Positions 51,374 to 61,538 of a DNA stretch of 64,000 nucleotides are shown here, one piece after another. The position numbers were made by a program, and so were the translations under genes. This DNA comes from a virus (lineage: Duplodnaviria > Caudoviricetes). Numbering within the stretch: position 1 is the first letter of the stretch; every line of letters begins with the position of its first letter. The notes under the pieces were generated by a model. That model was not told the DNA's origin and searched no databases. It worked only from the letters and a program-made list of their open reading frames with translations. Where the stretch lies: the IMG/VR virus record IMGVR_UViG_2643221950_000002, positions 56,138 through 120,137 of that record. One strand, written 5' to 3'.

Positions 51374-52192
51374 ATGGATTTCCCAAAACTTTATAATGAC
51401 CCTGTCTTGTACCACAAAAGAAAAAATACATATGACGATCCATATATGAGCTATGATGAAACCCACTCTATTCTAAACGGAAGTATATTTTTAACCGAAA
51501 ACCCTAATCGTGAAAATAGAGTTGTTGTAATTGGCGGCAATATTGAGTGGAAAGAAATTGAAGATGGTGAATTAGAAGATGACTGTTATCGTGTTGATTA
51601 CATGATGGGAGTTGTCTTTTTTAATGCCTCTAACGACGGAAAAGAATTGCAAGTTAAATACGTTGGCGAAGGTGCTCACTTCTTCCCTGCAGCACGTATT
51701 TGGATTAAACGTTCAGGTAATACAGTCGTTGAGACACTTCAAGGATTAATTGATGAAGCAGAAGATTGCATTATTCGCATGAACGAGAGAATTTTAGAGT
51801 GTGAACGAGTCATCAAACGCTGTATAGAAATAACTACTTGGTGCCGTCAAATCACTTCACAATATGAACGTGTCGTTGAAGAAACTAAGAAGAAATACTA
51901 CCCATCTGTCAATAACTACTCTGATTTAATTGTTGAATACCCAAACCCGCAGGTCGGTTGGACTGTCGCTGTTAAGAACATCAAAACAGTTTATCGTTGG
52001 GATGGATTCGAATGGGTTGATATAGGTGTTTCAGAAGTCTATGAAGGATTCAACATTCTTTTGAGTGCTTATGAGCCCCACAGTTTAAATTATATTTGGT
52101 ATCAAGATGAGAGTTTAAGTCCTACCAAGAAAAGAGTTGTCATTTCTAATGCAGCTCCAGAAACAGGGCAGATATGGTATAAGCCTGATTGA
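51374..52192 (+). CDS. yomF: YomF-like tail tip protein
   Basis: 272 aa; synteny. Confidence 0.7.
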   Translation: MDFPKLYNDPVLYHKRKNTYDDPYMSYDETHSILNGSIFLTENPNRENRVVVIGGNIEWKEIEDGELEDDCYRVDYMMGVVFFNASNDGKELQVKYVGEGAHFFPAARIWIKRSGNTVVETLQGLIDEAEDCIIRMNERILECERVIKRCIEITTWCRQITSQYERVVEETKKKYYPSVNNYSDLIVEYPNPQVGWTVAVKNIKTVYRWDGFEWVDIGVSEVYEGFNILLSAYEPHSLNYIWYQDESLSPTKKRVVISNAAPETGQIWYKPD

Positions 52193-52216
52193 TACACATA
52201 AAGGAGGAATTAATTA

Positions 52217-54334
52217 ATGGGTTTTAGAATGCCACATCCTGTTACTGGCGAATATGTACCAATGGCCATTGAATTGCTGAAATCTGATGGTGTTGGATAT
52301 ACTGCACCTGAAATTAAAGCCAAATTTGATGGAATTCTAGATTCAGTAACAAACCTATCTACAACAACTTCTGATAAGCTGAAAGAAATGGCTGATTTAA
52401 TTGGAGACATTGGCGAGCTTGCAGGAGATACTGGAAGTATTGTAGATACAATTAAAAAAGAACTAAACCAACGTGGGATAAACGTTAAATGGCTTGGTGC
52501 AGTTGGAGATGGCGAAACAGATGACACATCAGCTTTCCTTGCTGCAGAAGCTCTATCTAACAATGAGTATCCGATCTTCGTTCCACCAGGTACTTATTTA
52601 GCTGATCAAGCCGACTTGAAAGGCAATTACTTCGGTAACGGCGCATTCCTTATTGTCAAAGAAAGAGAAGCTTTTAATGCTACGGCTCCCCCAAGTCAAA
52701 AAAGAGATCAACGTCTGTTCCCTCTTACCTCTACCCCTCTTCCTATCCTCAATGAATTCTATGGAAAAAATTCAGGATACAAAATTACTTTAGACGCTTA
52801 CGGCAACACATCTACAGGGGAAGATTCTTTAAGAAACCTTACTTCTGGTAAGCAAAATACTGCTGTTGGCTTCTTATCTCAAATGAATAACCAAACACAA
52901 TACTCAAACGTTTCAATTGGTGGAAGTTCATTAGCCCAAGGAACTTATTACAGCCGTACTACAGCTATCGGAAACAACTCCTTAAAATGGGCAGGTATTA
53001 AAGATCCCATAGTTTCTAGACATGAGTTGTGGCTTAATGAGAAAGATTTGAATAATATTTGGAATATTTCAGGGACGGATTCTTACATTCTTAAGCAGAT
53101 GAACCCAGAAGTTGAGAAGCTGATTCAGCCTACAGGATATCCTGCTCCACAAGGTGCTGTTATTGTTAACGAGGGCGGAGGATTTCCTGCAGCAACTTCT
53201 TCATCTCAAGTGCTAGGGAATACTGGAATTGGTCGTAACGCCTTGCTTCAATTGGTTAGAGGTATCCATAATACCGCAATTGGATATCAAGCTCTGGCAA
53301 GATCTTATACTACCGAAAGATGTACTGCTATTGGTGCGTTTGCATTGGCCAACAACCTCGCTGGCAAAGAAAATATCGGTATTGGCAGAAATGCGATGAA
53401 ATATAACCAAACTGGTCAAAAGAACATTGTTATCGGTAATAACGCTATGGGTTATGACGTATTTGGTACCAGAAATATTTTCATTGGACATCAAGCTGGC
53501 CAAAGATCAAACGGAAATAAGAATGCCTCCCATACTTTAAATACCGTTATTGGAACATATGCTCATCAAAATAAAACAGACGGCGAAGCAAACGTCTCTA
53601 TCGGTGCTAGAACACTTCTAAACGGTGCAAATGGCAGTCGAAACGTTGTTGTAGGAACGGAAGCTGGCATTAACTATACTGGCAATAACTCTATTATCAT
53701 CGGGAATAAAGCGATGCCTAGCAGTAACCAAGATCGATTATTGTGGATTGATTATGGCAATGACGGCAATGCCTCTCCTTTCATCTATGGTGATATGGGA
53801 AATAACATTATGAACGTTCGTGCAAACTTGCGACCAGACACTGATGCTTCTCAATCGTTAGGTGCGCCTTCCAGACGATGGGCAAACATCTATGCTTCAA
53901 ATGGAACGATCAACACTTCTGATGAAAGATACAAACAAAACATTACTGATATTCCTGATGAATGGCTGGATGCTTGGTCTGAAGTTAATTTCTGTAGATT
54001 TAAATTTAAAGATGCAGTAATTGAAAAAGGAAGTTCTGCAAGATGGCATATTGGTGTCATTGCTCAGAAAATTGATGAAGTGTTTAAAAAGCATGGCTTG
54101 GATGCAACTGAAATTGGATTGCTTTGTTATGACAAGTGGGATTCTGAATTTGTAAACAAGGTAGACCCTAAAACAGGTGAATTCACTGGAGGAACAATCG
54201 AAGTTGTAAAAGGCGGGTACATGTGGGGCATTCGTGCTGATGAGTGTCAATTCCTAGAAATGGCTCTAATGAGACGTGAAACCGAAAAGATGCAGCAAGA
54301 GATGCGTGAACTTAAGGCTGCATTATTGAAATAA
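52217..54334 (+). CDS. Tail spike with beta-helical repeats and C-terminal S74 intramolecular chaperone (yomE position)
   Basis: GAVGDGETDDT; NTAIG-type 14-residue repeats; TSDERYK...HIGVIAQ. Confidence 0.85.
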   Translation: MGFRMPHPVTGEYVPMAIELLKSDGVGYTAPEIKAKFDGILDSVTNLSTTTSDKLKEMADLIGDIGELAGDTGSIVDTIKKELNQRGINVKWLGAVGDGETDDTSAFLAAEALSNNEYPIFVPPGTYLADQADLKGNYFGNGAFLIVKEREAFNATAPPSQKRDQRLFPLTSTPLPILNEFYGKNSGYKITLDAYGNTSTGEDSLRNLTSGKQNTAVGFLSQMNNQTQYSNVSIGGSSLAQGTYYSRTTAIGNNSLKWAGIKDPIVSRHELWLNEKDLNNIWNISGTDSYILKQMNPEVEKLIQPTGYPAPQGAVIVNEGGGFPAATSSSQVLGNTGIGRNALLQLVRGIHNTAIGYQALARSYTTERCTAIGAFALANNLAGKENIGIGRNAMKYNQTGQKNIVIGNNAMGYDVFGTRNIFIGHQAGQRSNGNKNASHTLNTVIGTYAHQNKTDGEANVSIGARTLLNGANGSRNVVVGTEAGINYTGNNSIIIGNKAMPSSNQDRLLWIDYGNDGNASPFIYGDMGNNIMNVRANLRPDTDASQSLGAPSRRWANIYASNGTINTSDERYKQNITDIPDEWLDAWSEVNFCRFKFKDAVIEKGSSARWHIGVIAQKIDEVFKKHGLDATEIGLLCYDKWDSEFVNKVDPKTGEFTGGTIEVVKGGYMWGIRADECQFLEMALMRRETEKMQQEMRELKAALLK

Positions 54335-54403
54335 AACTATGATTTTATAGGAATATATTCAATACATAACAGAGAAAGACAGAGCATGTGTGAGAACGAG
54401 AGA

Positions 54404-54430
54404 GCTTGGGTTATCCCCTGCTCTCTTTTT
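54404..54430 (+). terminator. Intrinsic terminator
   Basis: GAGAGC..GGG-ttat-CCC..GCTCTC followed by TTTTT. Confidence 0.55.
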
Positions 54431-54463
54431 GTGCTCAAAAAATTAATTGGAGGAATTTACTTA

Positions 54464-55825
54464 ATGAACATTATTCAAAGTTTGTTGACTCCCAACAAAT
54501 ACTCCAGACCTCAAACAGCTTTAAAAGGTGTGAAAGCTGTTGTAATTCACTGGGTTGCTAATCCAGGATCATCTGCAGAAGGAAACCGCAATTTCTTCAA
54601 CAATCGTAAAAGTGGTACCTCGGGCTTTGGATCAGCACATTACATTGTAGAAGGTACTAAAGTAATTCAGTGCTTACCAAATAGTGAGTTAGCTTATCAT
54701 GTTGGTTCAAATGTTTACACAGCGAGTGCACTTAGAAACTTGAGCTCTTATCCAAACAACTGTACCATCGGCATCGAAATGACTCACCCTGATTGGACAG
54801 GTAAGCCTGATGCTACAACTTATAAAACAACTGTAGAATTAGCTGCTTCCCTTCTTAAAACATATGGTCTAAAATCTGAAAACCTATGGACACATCACCA
54901 AGTAGTAGGATGGAAAGATTGTCATCGCTATTACACTAACAACCCTAACGCATGGGTGCAGTTTGTTAGCGATGTTAATAAAGCTTTAACAGGTAAAACT
55001 GTAACTATTCCAACACCAAAACCATCAAACAATAACGATCTTGAATTGGTCGAAGCTTACGGTCTTGGTGATAAAGGTGCAAAAGTTAAAGAAATTCAGT
55101 CTAATCTAATTAAACTTGGCTATAAATTACCTAAATACGGTGCGGACTCCCACTTTGGTGATGAAACTGTTGCTGCTGTGAAGGCATTCCAAAAAGCAAA
55201 CAAGCTTGCAGTAGATGGAATCGCTGGTAAAGCAACTCTTGCTAAAATTAAAGAGTTGCTAGCTAAATCAAAAACCCCTTCTCCCACTACTCCCTCCAAG
55301 TCTACCTCTTCTAAAGCAAGTGGCTCTCTAAAATCTAAAGTAGACGGTCTTCGATTTTACGCTAAAGCCTCATGGGATGATAAAGATGTTGTAGGTACTG
55401 TCAATAAAGGCGTTGGTTTCCCTACTGTTGTCGAAAAAGTTAAGGTCGAAACATCGTATCAATATAAAGTGAAAAACTCTAAGGGTGCGACTTATTACAT
55501 TACTGCTTCTGATAAGTATGTTGAAGTAACAGGCGCAGTTAAAACATCTACTCCTGTTAAGAAAGCCACAAAACCAAAACAAGCAGCTAAGAGCTCATCA
55601 GTTAAATCTGTTGGAAAGATCAAAATTATCGGCGTTTCAAATGCAGCTATTATTATGGATAAGCCTGACCGCAATTCAGCCAAGAATTTAGACACCATCG
55701 CTTTAGACAAAACAATTGAAATTTCAGGATCTGTAAAAGGTTCTAACAACCCCAAAGGATACTGGGAAGTAATTTATAAAGGTAAACGAGCCTATATTTC
55801 AGGTCAGTACGGAAGTAAAGTATAA
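54464..55825 (+). CDS. blyA: Endolysin: amidase_2, PG-binding and SH3-like domains
   Basis: VIHWVAN, SAHY, AYHVG, GWKDC; VDGIAGKAT; GGAGG RBS before ATG 54464. Confidence 0.9.
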   Translation: MNIIQSLLTPNKYSRPQTALKGVKAVVIHWVANPGSSAEGNRNFFNNRKSGTSGFGSAHYIVEGTKVIQCLPNSELAYHVGSNVYTASALRNLSSYPNNCTIGIEMTHPDWTGKPDATTYKTTVELAASLLKTYGLKSENLWTHHQVVGWKDCHRYYTNNPNAWVQFVSDVNKALTGKTVTIPTPKPSNNNDLELVEAYGLGDKGAKVKEIQSNLIKLGYKLPKYGADSHFGDETVAAVKAFQKANKLAVDGIAGKATLAKIKELLAKSKTPSPTTPSKSTSSKASGSLKSKVDGLRFYAKASWDDKDVVGTVNKGVGFPTVVEKVKVETSYQYKVKNSKGATYYITASDKYVEVTGAVKTSTPVKKATKPKQAAKSSSVKSVGKIKIIGVSNAAIIMDKPDRNSAKNLDTIALDKTIEISGSVKGSNNPKGYWEVIYKGKRAYISGQYGSKV

Positions 55826-55926
55826 CTAAATTAATATAGATTTTTGTGGATTTACAAATATCCATGAGAATTTATAAAAATCAACTTCAAGGAGGTGATG
55901 AGTCATCTCCTTTTTAATTGTAGAGG

Positions 55927-56325
55927 ATGGTATTTATGGCTGATGGAAATTACGATGTTTTAAAACTTGAGATTGACCACATCAAAAACAATATTAGAGA
56001 ACTTGAAGCTGATAGAAAAATAATGATGAAAACTAATCAGACATTAAGTGAAAATGTTGTCAGAATTACAACTTTGCTAGAAAATCAGGCCACAAACATC
56101 AATGAACAAAATAGAAAAATTGATACAAATCAACAACACTTGAATAATGAAATAGCTGGTTTAAGAAATGAACTGCAAAGAAGTGCTGATCTTCAAACTA
56201 AATGGTATCAAGACTTTCTCTCAAGCGCCTCAGGCCAAGTATTTAAAATATTATTAATCGTTGTGCTTGGTTTACTTGGAGCCAATCTTGCAGGTGTAGA
56301 CATTATGAAATTATTCGGAAAGTAG
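55927..56325 (+). CDS. Holin-associated protein (coiled coil plus C-terminal TM)
   Basis: Between the lysin and holin genes. Confidence 0.65.
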   Translation: MVFMADGNYDVLKLEIDHIKNNIRELEADRKIMMKTNQTLSENVVRITTLLENQATNINEQNRKIDTNQQHLNNEIAGLRNELQRSADLQTKWYQDFLSSASGQVFKILLIVVLGLLGANLAGVDIMKLFGK

Positions 56326-56334
56326 GAATGTTAA

Positions 56335-56586
56335 ATGAAAATCAACTGGAAAGTACGTTTAAAAAAGAAAACATTTTGGGTAGCTATCTTCTCTGCTACT
56401 CTTATTTTTGTTCAATCTATTGCTCAATCATTCGGATATGATTTGACTGGTCTTGGTGATGACTTAACTGAAAAATTTAATGCTTTTCTTACTCTGTTAA
56501 CTGTTATGGGTATTGTAGTTGATCCTACTACTAAAGGCGTGTCAGACAGCGATCAAGCTTTAGAATATGATGAGCCAAGAGAATAA
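56335..56586 (+). CDS. phiLC3-family holin
   Basis: MKINWKVRLKKKTFW...DPTTKGVSDS. Confidence 0.92.
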   Translation: MKINWKVRLKKKTFWVAIFSATLIFVQSIAQSFGYDLTGLGDDLTEKFNAFLTLLTVMGIVVDPTTKGVSDSDQALEYDEPRE

Positions 56587-56852
56587 TGAATACTGTTAAT
56601 ATTAAGTATTCGCCATACCCAAATCAATTCAAAGAAGCTCATATTAATGCAGAGGGTGAAGAAAAAACCCTCACTCTATTACTTGATGAAATAGAAGTCC
56701 CTGCTTCAAGCGAAGAAAGTGATGTAGTGGTTTTCCCTGTTCTCAAGATTTCACTTTCTGAAGGCTTGGGCAACGAAGACATTTTAAGGATGGAAAAAGA
56801 AGATGCTAAAGCATTTCTTCAAGTTTTAAAAGATATGATTAAACAAATGTGA
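56586..56852 (+). CDS. Hypothetical protein
   Basis: 88 aa, TAATG-coupled; terminator at 56851-56877. Confidence 0.65.
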   Translation: MNTVNIKYSPYPNQFKEAHINAEGEEKTLTLLLDEIEVPASSEESDVVVFPVLKISLSEGLGNEDILRMEKEDAKAFLQVLKDMIKQM

Positions 56853-56899
56853 GAGAGGTAATCCCTCTCTTTTTTTTCATTTTTAATGGAGGTTAAATT

Positions 56900-57184
56900 A
56901 TGCGATTAGGATCTGGATACAAAGGCTCTTTAAAACTAGAGTCAACAAACATTGAGAACTTCGATATTGTCCCTCCAGAATCACAAGGTTCTAATAGGCC
57001 GACACAGTTTTATAAATTTCAATTTCGCAATGACCAAGATTGCACTGTTTCTATAAATCACGGAGAACCGATTTTCATCAGGTCTGGGGATGGCTTTTCA
57101 ATGGATCATATAGACACTCCTATCTTTAGCTTTGTAATCAAAGAAAAAGGAATTCAGTATAACTTTGCAGGTGCTCACACATGA
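56900..57184 (+). CDS. Small putative virion protein
   Basis: 94 aa; GGAGG RBS. Confidence 0.65.
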   Translation: MRLGSGYKGSLKLESTNIENFDIVPPESQGSNRPTQFYKFQFRNDQDCTVSINHGEPIFIRSGDGFSMDHIDTPIFSFVIKEKGIQYNFAGAHT

Positions 57185-57438
57185 GTTTTTTCAACCCGAG
57201 AGTAAGTAGCGGAATATCACTGAAATGGTCTTTTGAATATATCCCTAATGAGAACGAGCAGACAGTCTCGTTTATTGAAGTTCCAGATTACGACCCAACT
57301 AAAGATCAACTTGCAGTTATTGTTGGAGGAGTTGAGTGCTCCCCTTCCTCTTATGTAAAAACCGATAAAAACAATATAACCTTCAATAACCCAGTTGATA
57401 CGAATTTGTTCGAGATCATGGTGAGATGTTTTGGATAG
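57181..57438 (+). CDS. Small putative virion protein
   Basis: 85 aa; resembles the VPEY..D...V..NGV segment of the next ORF. Confidence 0.6.
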   Translation: MSFFNPRVSSGISLKWSFEYIPNENEQTVSFIEVPDYDPTKDQLAVIVGGVECSPSSYVKTDKNNITFNNPVDTNLFEIMVRCFG

Positions 57439-57453
57439 AAATGAGGTGATAAT

Positions 57454-59556
57454 TTGAATTTAATCTTACAGACCATACAGCACTTAGCTGGAAAAGAAGC
57501 AATCCTCGTTGTTGAAAATAAAACGAAGCTTGAAAATGGACAAGAAGGAGCTATCTATGCAGTTTTAAGCGATGAATCACAGTTAAATAAACCAACTCTT
57601 TATATTTATAGAGGTGGGCAATTTGAGCTTGTCAGTGGATCTTTTGTCGATGATGGTGAGCTAAGTTTTCTTGATCTGATTGATACACCTGCTTCATACG
57701 AAGGTTTTGCGAATAAATGGATCAAGATAAATCCAAGTGGTACTGGACTTATATTTGTAGATGCTCCACAAGGCGGTGGTTCAGGTGGTGATGCTTCTTC
57801 TATCGTGTTCACCTCTACTGACTCAATTGAGTCAGACACCGTACAAACAGCCATTGAAGAACTCGACTTTAAAAAAGCTCCTGTTGATAGCCCTGTATTT
57901 GAAGGTGTTGTCCAATTACCCGAAACAACTTCCATTGGAAATGTTAAACCTAAAGAAATTGCTTACTTACAAGGGTTAACAGGCAATGTCGAAAACAGGT
58001 TAAAAACTACAGCAGAAGACATCAGAACAGTTAATGATTCTACTGATCAACTTGAGATAAAAAGTCATATACACAGCAACAAGCAAGTGATTGATAAATT
58101 TTCTGAGCAAAACGGAAACCTAATGTACGGCAGTTCAAAAGTGGCTTCTGGAGATATGCAAAGATCAATCTATGATGCAGACGGAGATGATATAGTTGAC
58201 TTCGCAAAATCGCTGTCTGGACAAGTAGCCTCAATCGATGAGATTAATAGTTTATTGGGTGTTACTGGAAATATACAGGATCAGATTAATGGAATCACTA
58301 CAGGAGTTCAGTTTAAAGGTGAGTTTGATACATACTCAGCTGCTATGCAAGCTTTTCCTTCTCCACAGCGTGGATATTGGATTTTCATAAAAAGTGATTC
58401 GAATCACAGTGGAAGTAAAACTCAGTACATTTACAGTGGAGATGTTTGGGTATATGCGGGAGGCGCTTCTTCTATAAATGATGCCACATCAACAGTTAAA
58501 GGTGGAATTACATTAAGTGGTGACTTGACAGGGACGGCTTCTCTTCCCCAATTGGCCAAGAACGGTGTTGAAGCTGGAACATACCTTAATCCCACTGTTA
58601 CAGTTGATGAAAAAGGAAGAGTTTCGAGTATAGCTAATGGGCAAGCAACTGCTATTAATGACAATAACGTTGATAAGGTATCGACTTGGTCAAGTGATAA
58701 AATTAACGAATCTTTAAATTTCAAGTCTAGTACTAATCACACTCATACAAACCTTCACGATCCTGCTTTATTAGGTACAGTTTTAGTTGATGAATCTAGT
58801 ATCGGAAACAATAAAGTGCTTGCGTATAACGAAGGCACTGAAAGACTGAATTACATACCTATCGAAAGCAGTTCGGTGGTTGTCGGCATGAAGAAAATCA
58901 CCGGAAACTATGAGTTGATTGCTGGAGGGTATACGAAACTTGCAGTAGATGAAACTGGCAAAAAGATCACAATTACTTCAATCAACAGCGGCGGGATTAA
59001 ATATCGTTATGAATCATTACCTAATGATCGATCTATCCCTGTTAAGTTGTTTAATGTACCAGAATATGAAAACAACAATGACACAATGATAGTTTACAAA
59101 AACGGAGTTCTTCAATCAAAACAGATGGATTACATTGAGAAATCGAATAAATCCATTGAATTTATTAAAGAAATCCCTGTTGAAGACCATATTGTTTTTA
59201 TTGCAATGTCAGGAGGACGAGGTGGAGTGCCTACATTAAGCGAAATCAATGAGACTGTTGAATTACTTCCGAGTGAGACAAAAACCCTCTCATTAGATGC
59301 GTGGTTTGATAAGTATGATATTAGAACGGTATATGCAAAAGATGAGAACAAAAATTTAATATCTGTATCTGTTTTTGATAAGTCTTCAAATGGAGACATT
59401 GTGTATCAGAGCTTGAAGTCAGATTCAATCTACGATATCGCTAACATTCCCTGTCAAGACAAAGATGGAACGCAGAAAATACATGTTCAATTGATCAATC
59501 ACAGTCAGAACAATGCACAAGTAACACTAAAAATCAAAACAACAAACTTACTATAG
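57454..59556 (+). CDS. Fibre-like structural protein
   Basis: 700 aa; DATSTVKGGITLSGDL, AGTY...TVDEKGRV and TWSSDKI fibre motifs. Confidence 0.75.
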   Translation: MNLILQTIQHLAGKEAILVVENKTKLENGQEGAIYAVLSDESQLNKPTLYIYRGGQFELVSGSFVDDGELSFLDLIDTPASYEGFANKWIKINPSGTGLIFVDAPQGGGSGGDASSIVFTSTDSIESDTVQTAIEELDFKKAPVDSPVFEGVVQLPETTSIGNVKPKEIAYLQGLTGNVENRLKTTAEDIRTVNDSTDQLEIKSHIHSNKQVIDKFSEQNGNLMYGSSKVASGDMQRSIYDADGDDIVDFAKSLSGQVASIDEINSLLGVTGNIQDQINGITTGVQFKGEFDTYSAAMQAFPSPQRGYWIFIKSDSNHSGSKTQYIYSGDVWVYAGGASSINDATSTVKGGITLSGDLTGTASLPQLAKNGVEAGTYLNPTVTVDEKGRVSSIANGQATAINDNNVDKVSTWSSDKINESLNFKSSTNHTHTNLHDPALLGTVLVDESSIGNNKVLAYNEGTERLNYIPIESSSVVVGMKKITGNYELIAGGYTKLAVDETGKKITITSINSGGIKYRYESLPNDRSIPVKLFNVPEYENNNDTMIVYKNGVLQSKQMDYIEKSNKSIEFIKEIPVEDHIVFIAMSGGRGGVPTLSEINETVELLPSETKTLSLDAWFDKYDIRTVYAKDENKNLISVSVFDKSSNGDIVYQSLKSDSIYDIANIPCQDKDGTQKIHVQLINHSQNNAQVTLKIKTTNLL

Positions 59557-59566
59557 GAGGTTATTT

Positions 59567-60415
59567 ATGGGATACATATTTACAACTGGGACTTGTCTTA
59601 AGAGCGACCTCTACTCAGTGATTAAGAATTCTCTAATTAATGCTGGATGGGAAAACAAATCCTCTAACTCTACTTCTGATTATGACGTGTTCTACTCCTC
59701 TGGAGAATCAGGAGATAAAAAACTAGTTTTCCAAATGAGGCCAACTGATGTCACAGACAAAAACTCAATAATCTCAACTGATTATTGCACAGCTTCATTT
59801 AGATTAGTTGAATCATACACACCGGGTTCAAATGGTGCCGCTGGAACTGTAGGTAGACCAAGTGAGCCATGGAAGTATTTCATGGTTTCCCCCTCTACTG
59901 GATTGCTATCTAAAGATACTGTAATGACGTATCGTCTAAATGTAAACAAGAATAGGTTGATTATCGTCATTGAAAGTCCCTCTGCAACTGGTCTAGGGTG
60001 TGTTCTAAATTACATTGGAATTCCTGACGAAATTTATGCGGATGAGCCAGATAGCCGAGGTTTAATTTATGCTACAACAACAAGAGCAGATTCTGCTAAC
60101 AATGTAATCATTTCAAATTCACCAATTAATATTGCTCCAGCAACCAGTGCTACAGTTAGGCCGATTATAGTAAACCTATCACCAAAGAACCCAAACACTC
60201 AAGGTTTTTATATGTTGTCTGAGTTTTACTATGGAAATACCAGTGAAGGCACCAGAGGTAAAATCACTGGTATCTATGGGCTTCCTAACGATAATGTACT
60301 CCATGGAAGTATTATAGAGGACGGTTCTAGACAATACTTTGTAATTGTTCCTGGGGTTCTTTCTAGTAACTCTTTCGGCACTGCAGCTATAGCAATCGAA
60401 GTCACAGGATATTAA
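59567..60415 (+). CDS. Putative virion protein, paralog 1
   Basis: LY..I...L..AGW.N..S...DYDV.YS.GE.G N-terminus shared by three ORFs. Confidence 0.7.
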   Translation: MGYIFTTGTCLKSDLYSVIKNSLINAGWENKSSNSTSDYDVFYSSGESGDKKLVFQMRPTDVTDKNSIISTDYCTASFRLVESYTPGSNGAAGTVGRPSEPWKYFMVSPSTGLLSKDTVMTYRLNVNKNRLIIVIESPSATGLGCVLNYIGIPDEIYADEPDSRGLIYATTTRADSANNVIISNSPINIAPATSATVRPIIVNLSPKNPNTQGFYMLSEFYYGNTSEGTRGKITGIYGLPNDNVLHGSIIEDGSRQYFVIVPGVLSSNSFGTAAIAIEVTGY

Positions 60416-60417
60416 TT

Positions 60418-61266
60418 ATGAGTGTGTTCAAGAAGGAAACCATTAAGAAAAAGAATCTCTATAATCGAATTATTTCCTTGTTAATCGATGCCGGATGGAC
60501 TAATGTTACATCGAATCCAAACACAGATTTTGATGTTATGTATTCCACAGGTGAGACTGGTAAAGAAAGTATCTATTTTAATATTCGTCCTTTTGCTAGT
60601 GCAGTTACTTCCCCTTCTGCTTCAACAAATTTTTCATCAACTGACTACGCTTACTTTTCCTTCAGGTTATGTAAGGAATACACCCCCTCTTCTACTCCAA
60701 TGAATTCTGGGACTTTCAAAAGAAATGAAGCTTGGAACATTGTTTTTATAACAACTGCTGCAACGCTTAATCCAGAAACTGACTTAACTTTGTATTACTC
60801 AGTAAACAGGGATCGGATAATTTTCACTGTCGTTCCTCCTACTATCTTGCGATCGAATGCCAGCATATGCTATTTTGGTAAACCTTCTATTTACGGCAAA
60901 ACAGCCAAGAATGTAAATTGTCTTTATGCTACTTCAGCTAACCCATTGACTATTGGGAAAGTGTTAATGGACGATCAAGCAGACTATCCTCAAGCAACTT
61001 CTTATTTATTAAGTACTTTTATGAGCGATAACTTAACCAACATTTTTGGCACTATGTTTATTAGTCCAATTGCTTTTGGTGACAACCTAGAAGGTGTGAG
61101 AGGTTATTTAGATGGACTATATGCTATAAAAGACACTGCCTTGTTAGATGGAGATGTTTACATTGACTCTATCACAAAGAAAAAATTTAAGGTGTTCTAT
61201 ACTTACTACACAACTAACCGAACAACCTCTTTCCCCTCAAACTACACTGGAATAGAGGTGGAATAA
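60418..61266 (+). CDS. Putative virion protein, paralog 2
   Basis: Same shared motifs; 282 aa. Confidence 0.7.
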   Translation: MSVFKKETIKKKNLYNRIISLLIDAGWTNVTSNPNTDFDVMYSTGETGKESIYFNIRPFASAVTSPSASTNFSSTDYAYFSFRLCKEYTPSSTPMNSGTFKRNEAWNIVFITTAATLNPETDLTLYYSVNRDRIIFTVVPPTILRSNASICYFGKPSIYGKTAKNVNCLYATSANPLTIGKVLMDDQADYPQATSYLLSTFMSDNLTNIFGTMFISPIAFGDNLEGVRGYLDGLYAIKDTALLDGDVYIDSITKKKFKVFYTYYTTNRTTSFPSNYTGIEVE

Positions 61267-61538
61267 TGGATAAGTTAAAAGGATTTATAATGAGCTCAAC
61301 TTTATATGGTCAGAGAAAGCCATCGTATACTAAAGTTAAGATTATTCCCCCTACCCCTGCTGTAGGATTAAGGGACTCGAATTTTGAAAAACAGATCATT
61401 GTTTCTGATCCAATTGCAATTAAATCAGCAAAAAAGAAAACTGATATTAGAAAAGGATTCGTTTTAGGTGGATCATCCATGAATGCCCCTAGACAAACAC
61501 CATTAGAGCATAGTTGGACTAAGGGGATGAAGAATTAA
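61266..61538 (+). CDS. Hypothetical protein
   Basis: 90 aa; TAATG-coupled on both sides. Confidence 0.65.
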   Translation: MDKLKGFIMSSTLYGQRKPSYTKVKIIPPTPAVGLRDSNFEKQIIVSDPIAIKSAKKKTDIRKGFVLGGSSMNAPRQTPLEHSWTKGMKN

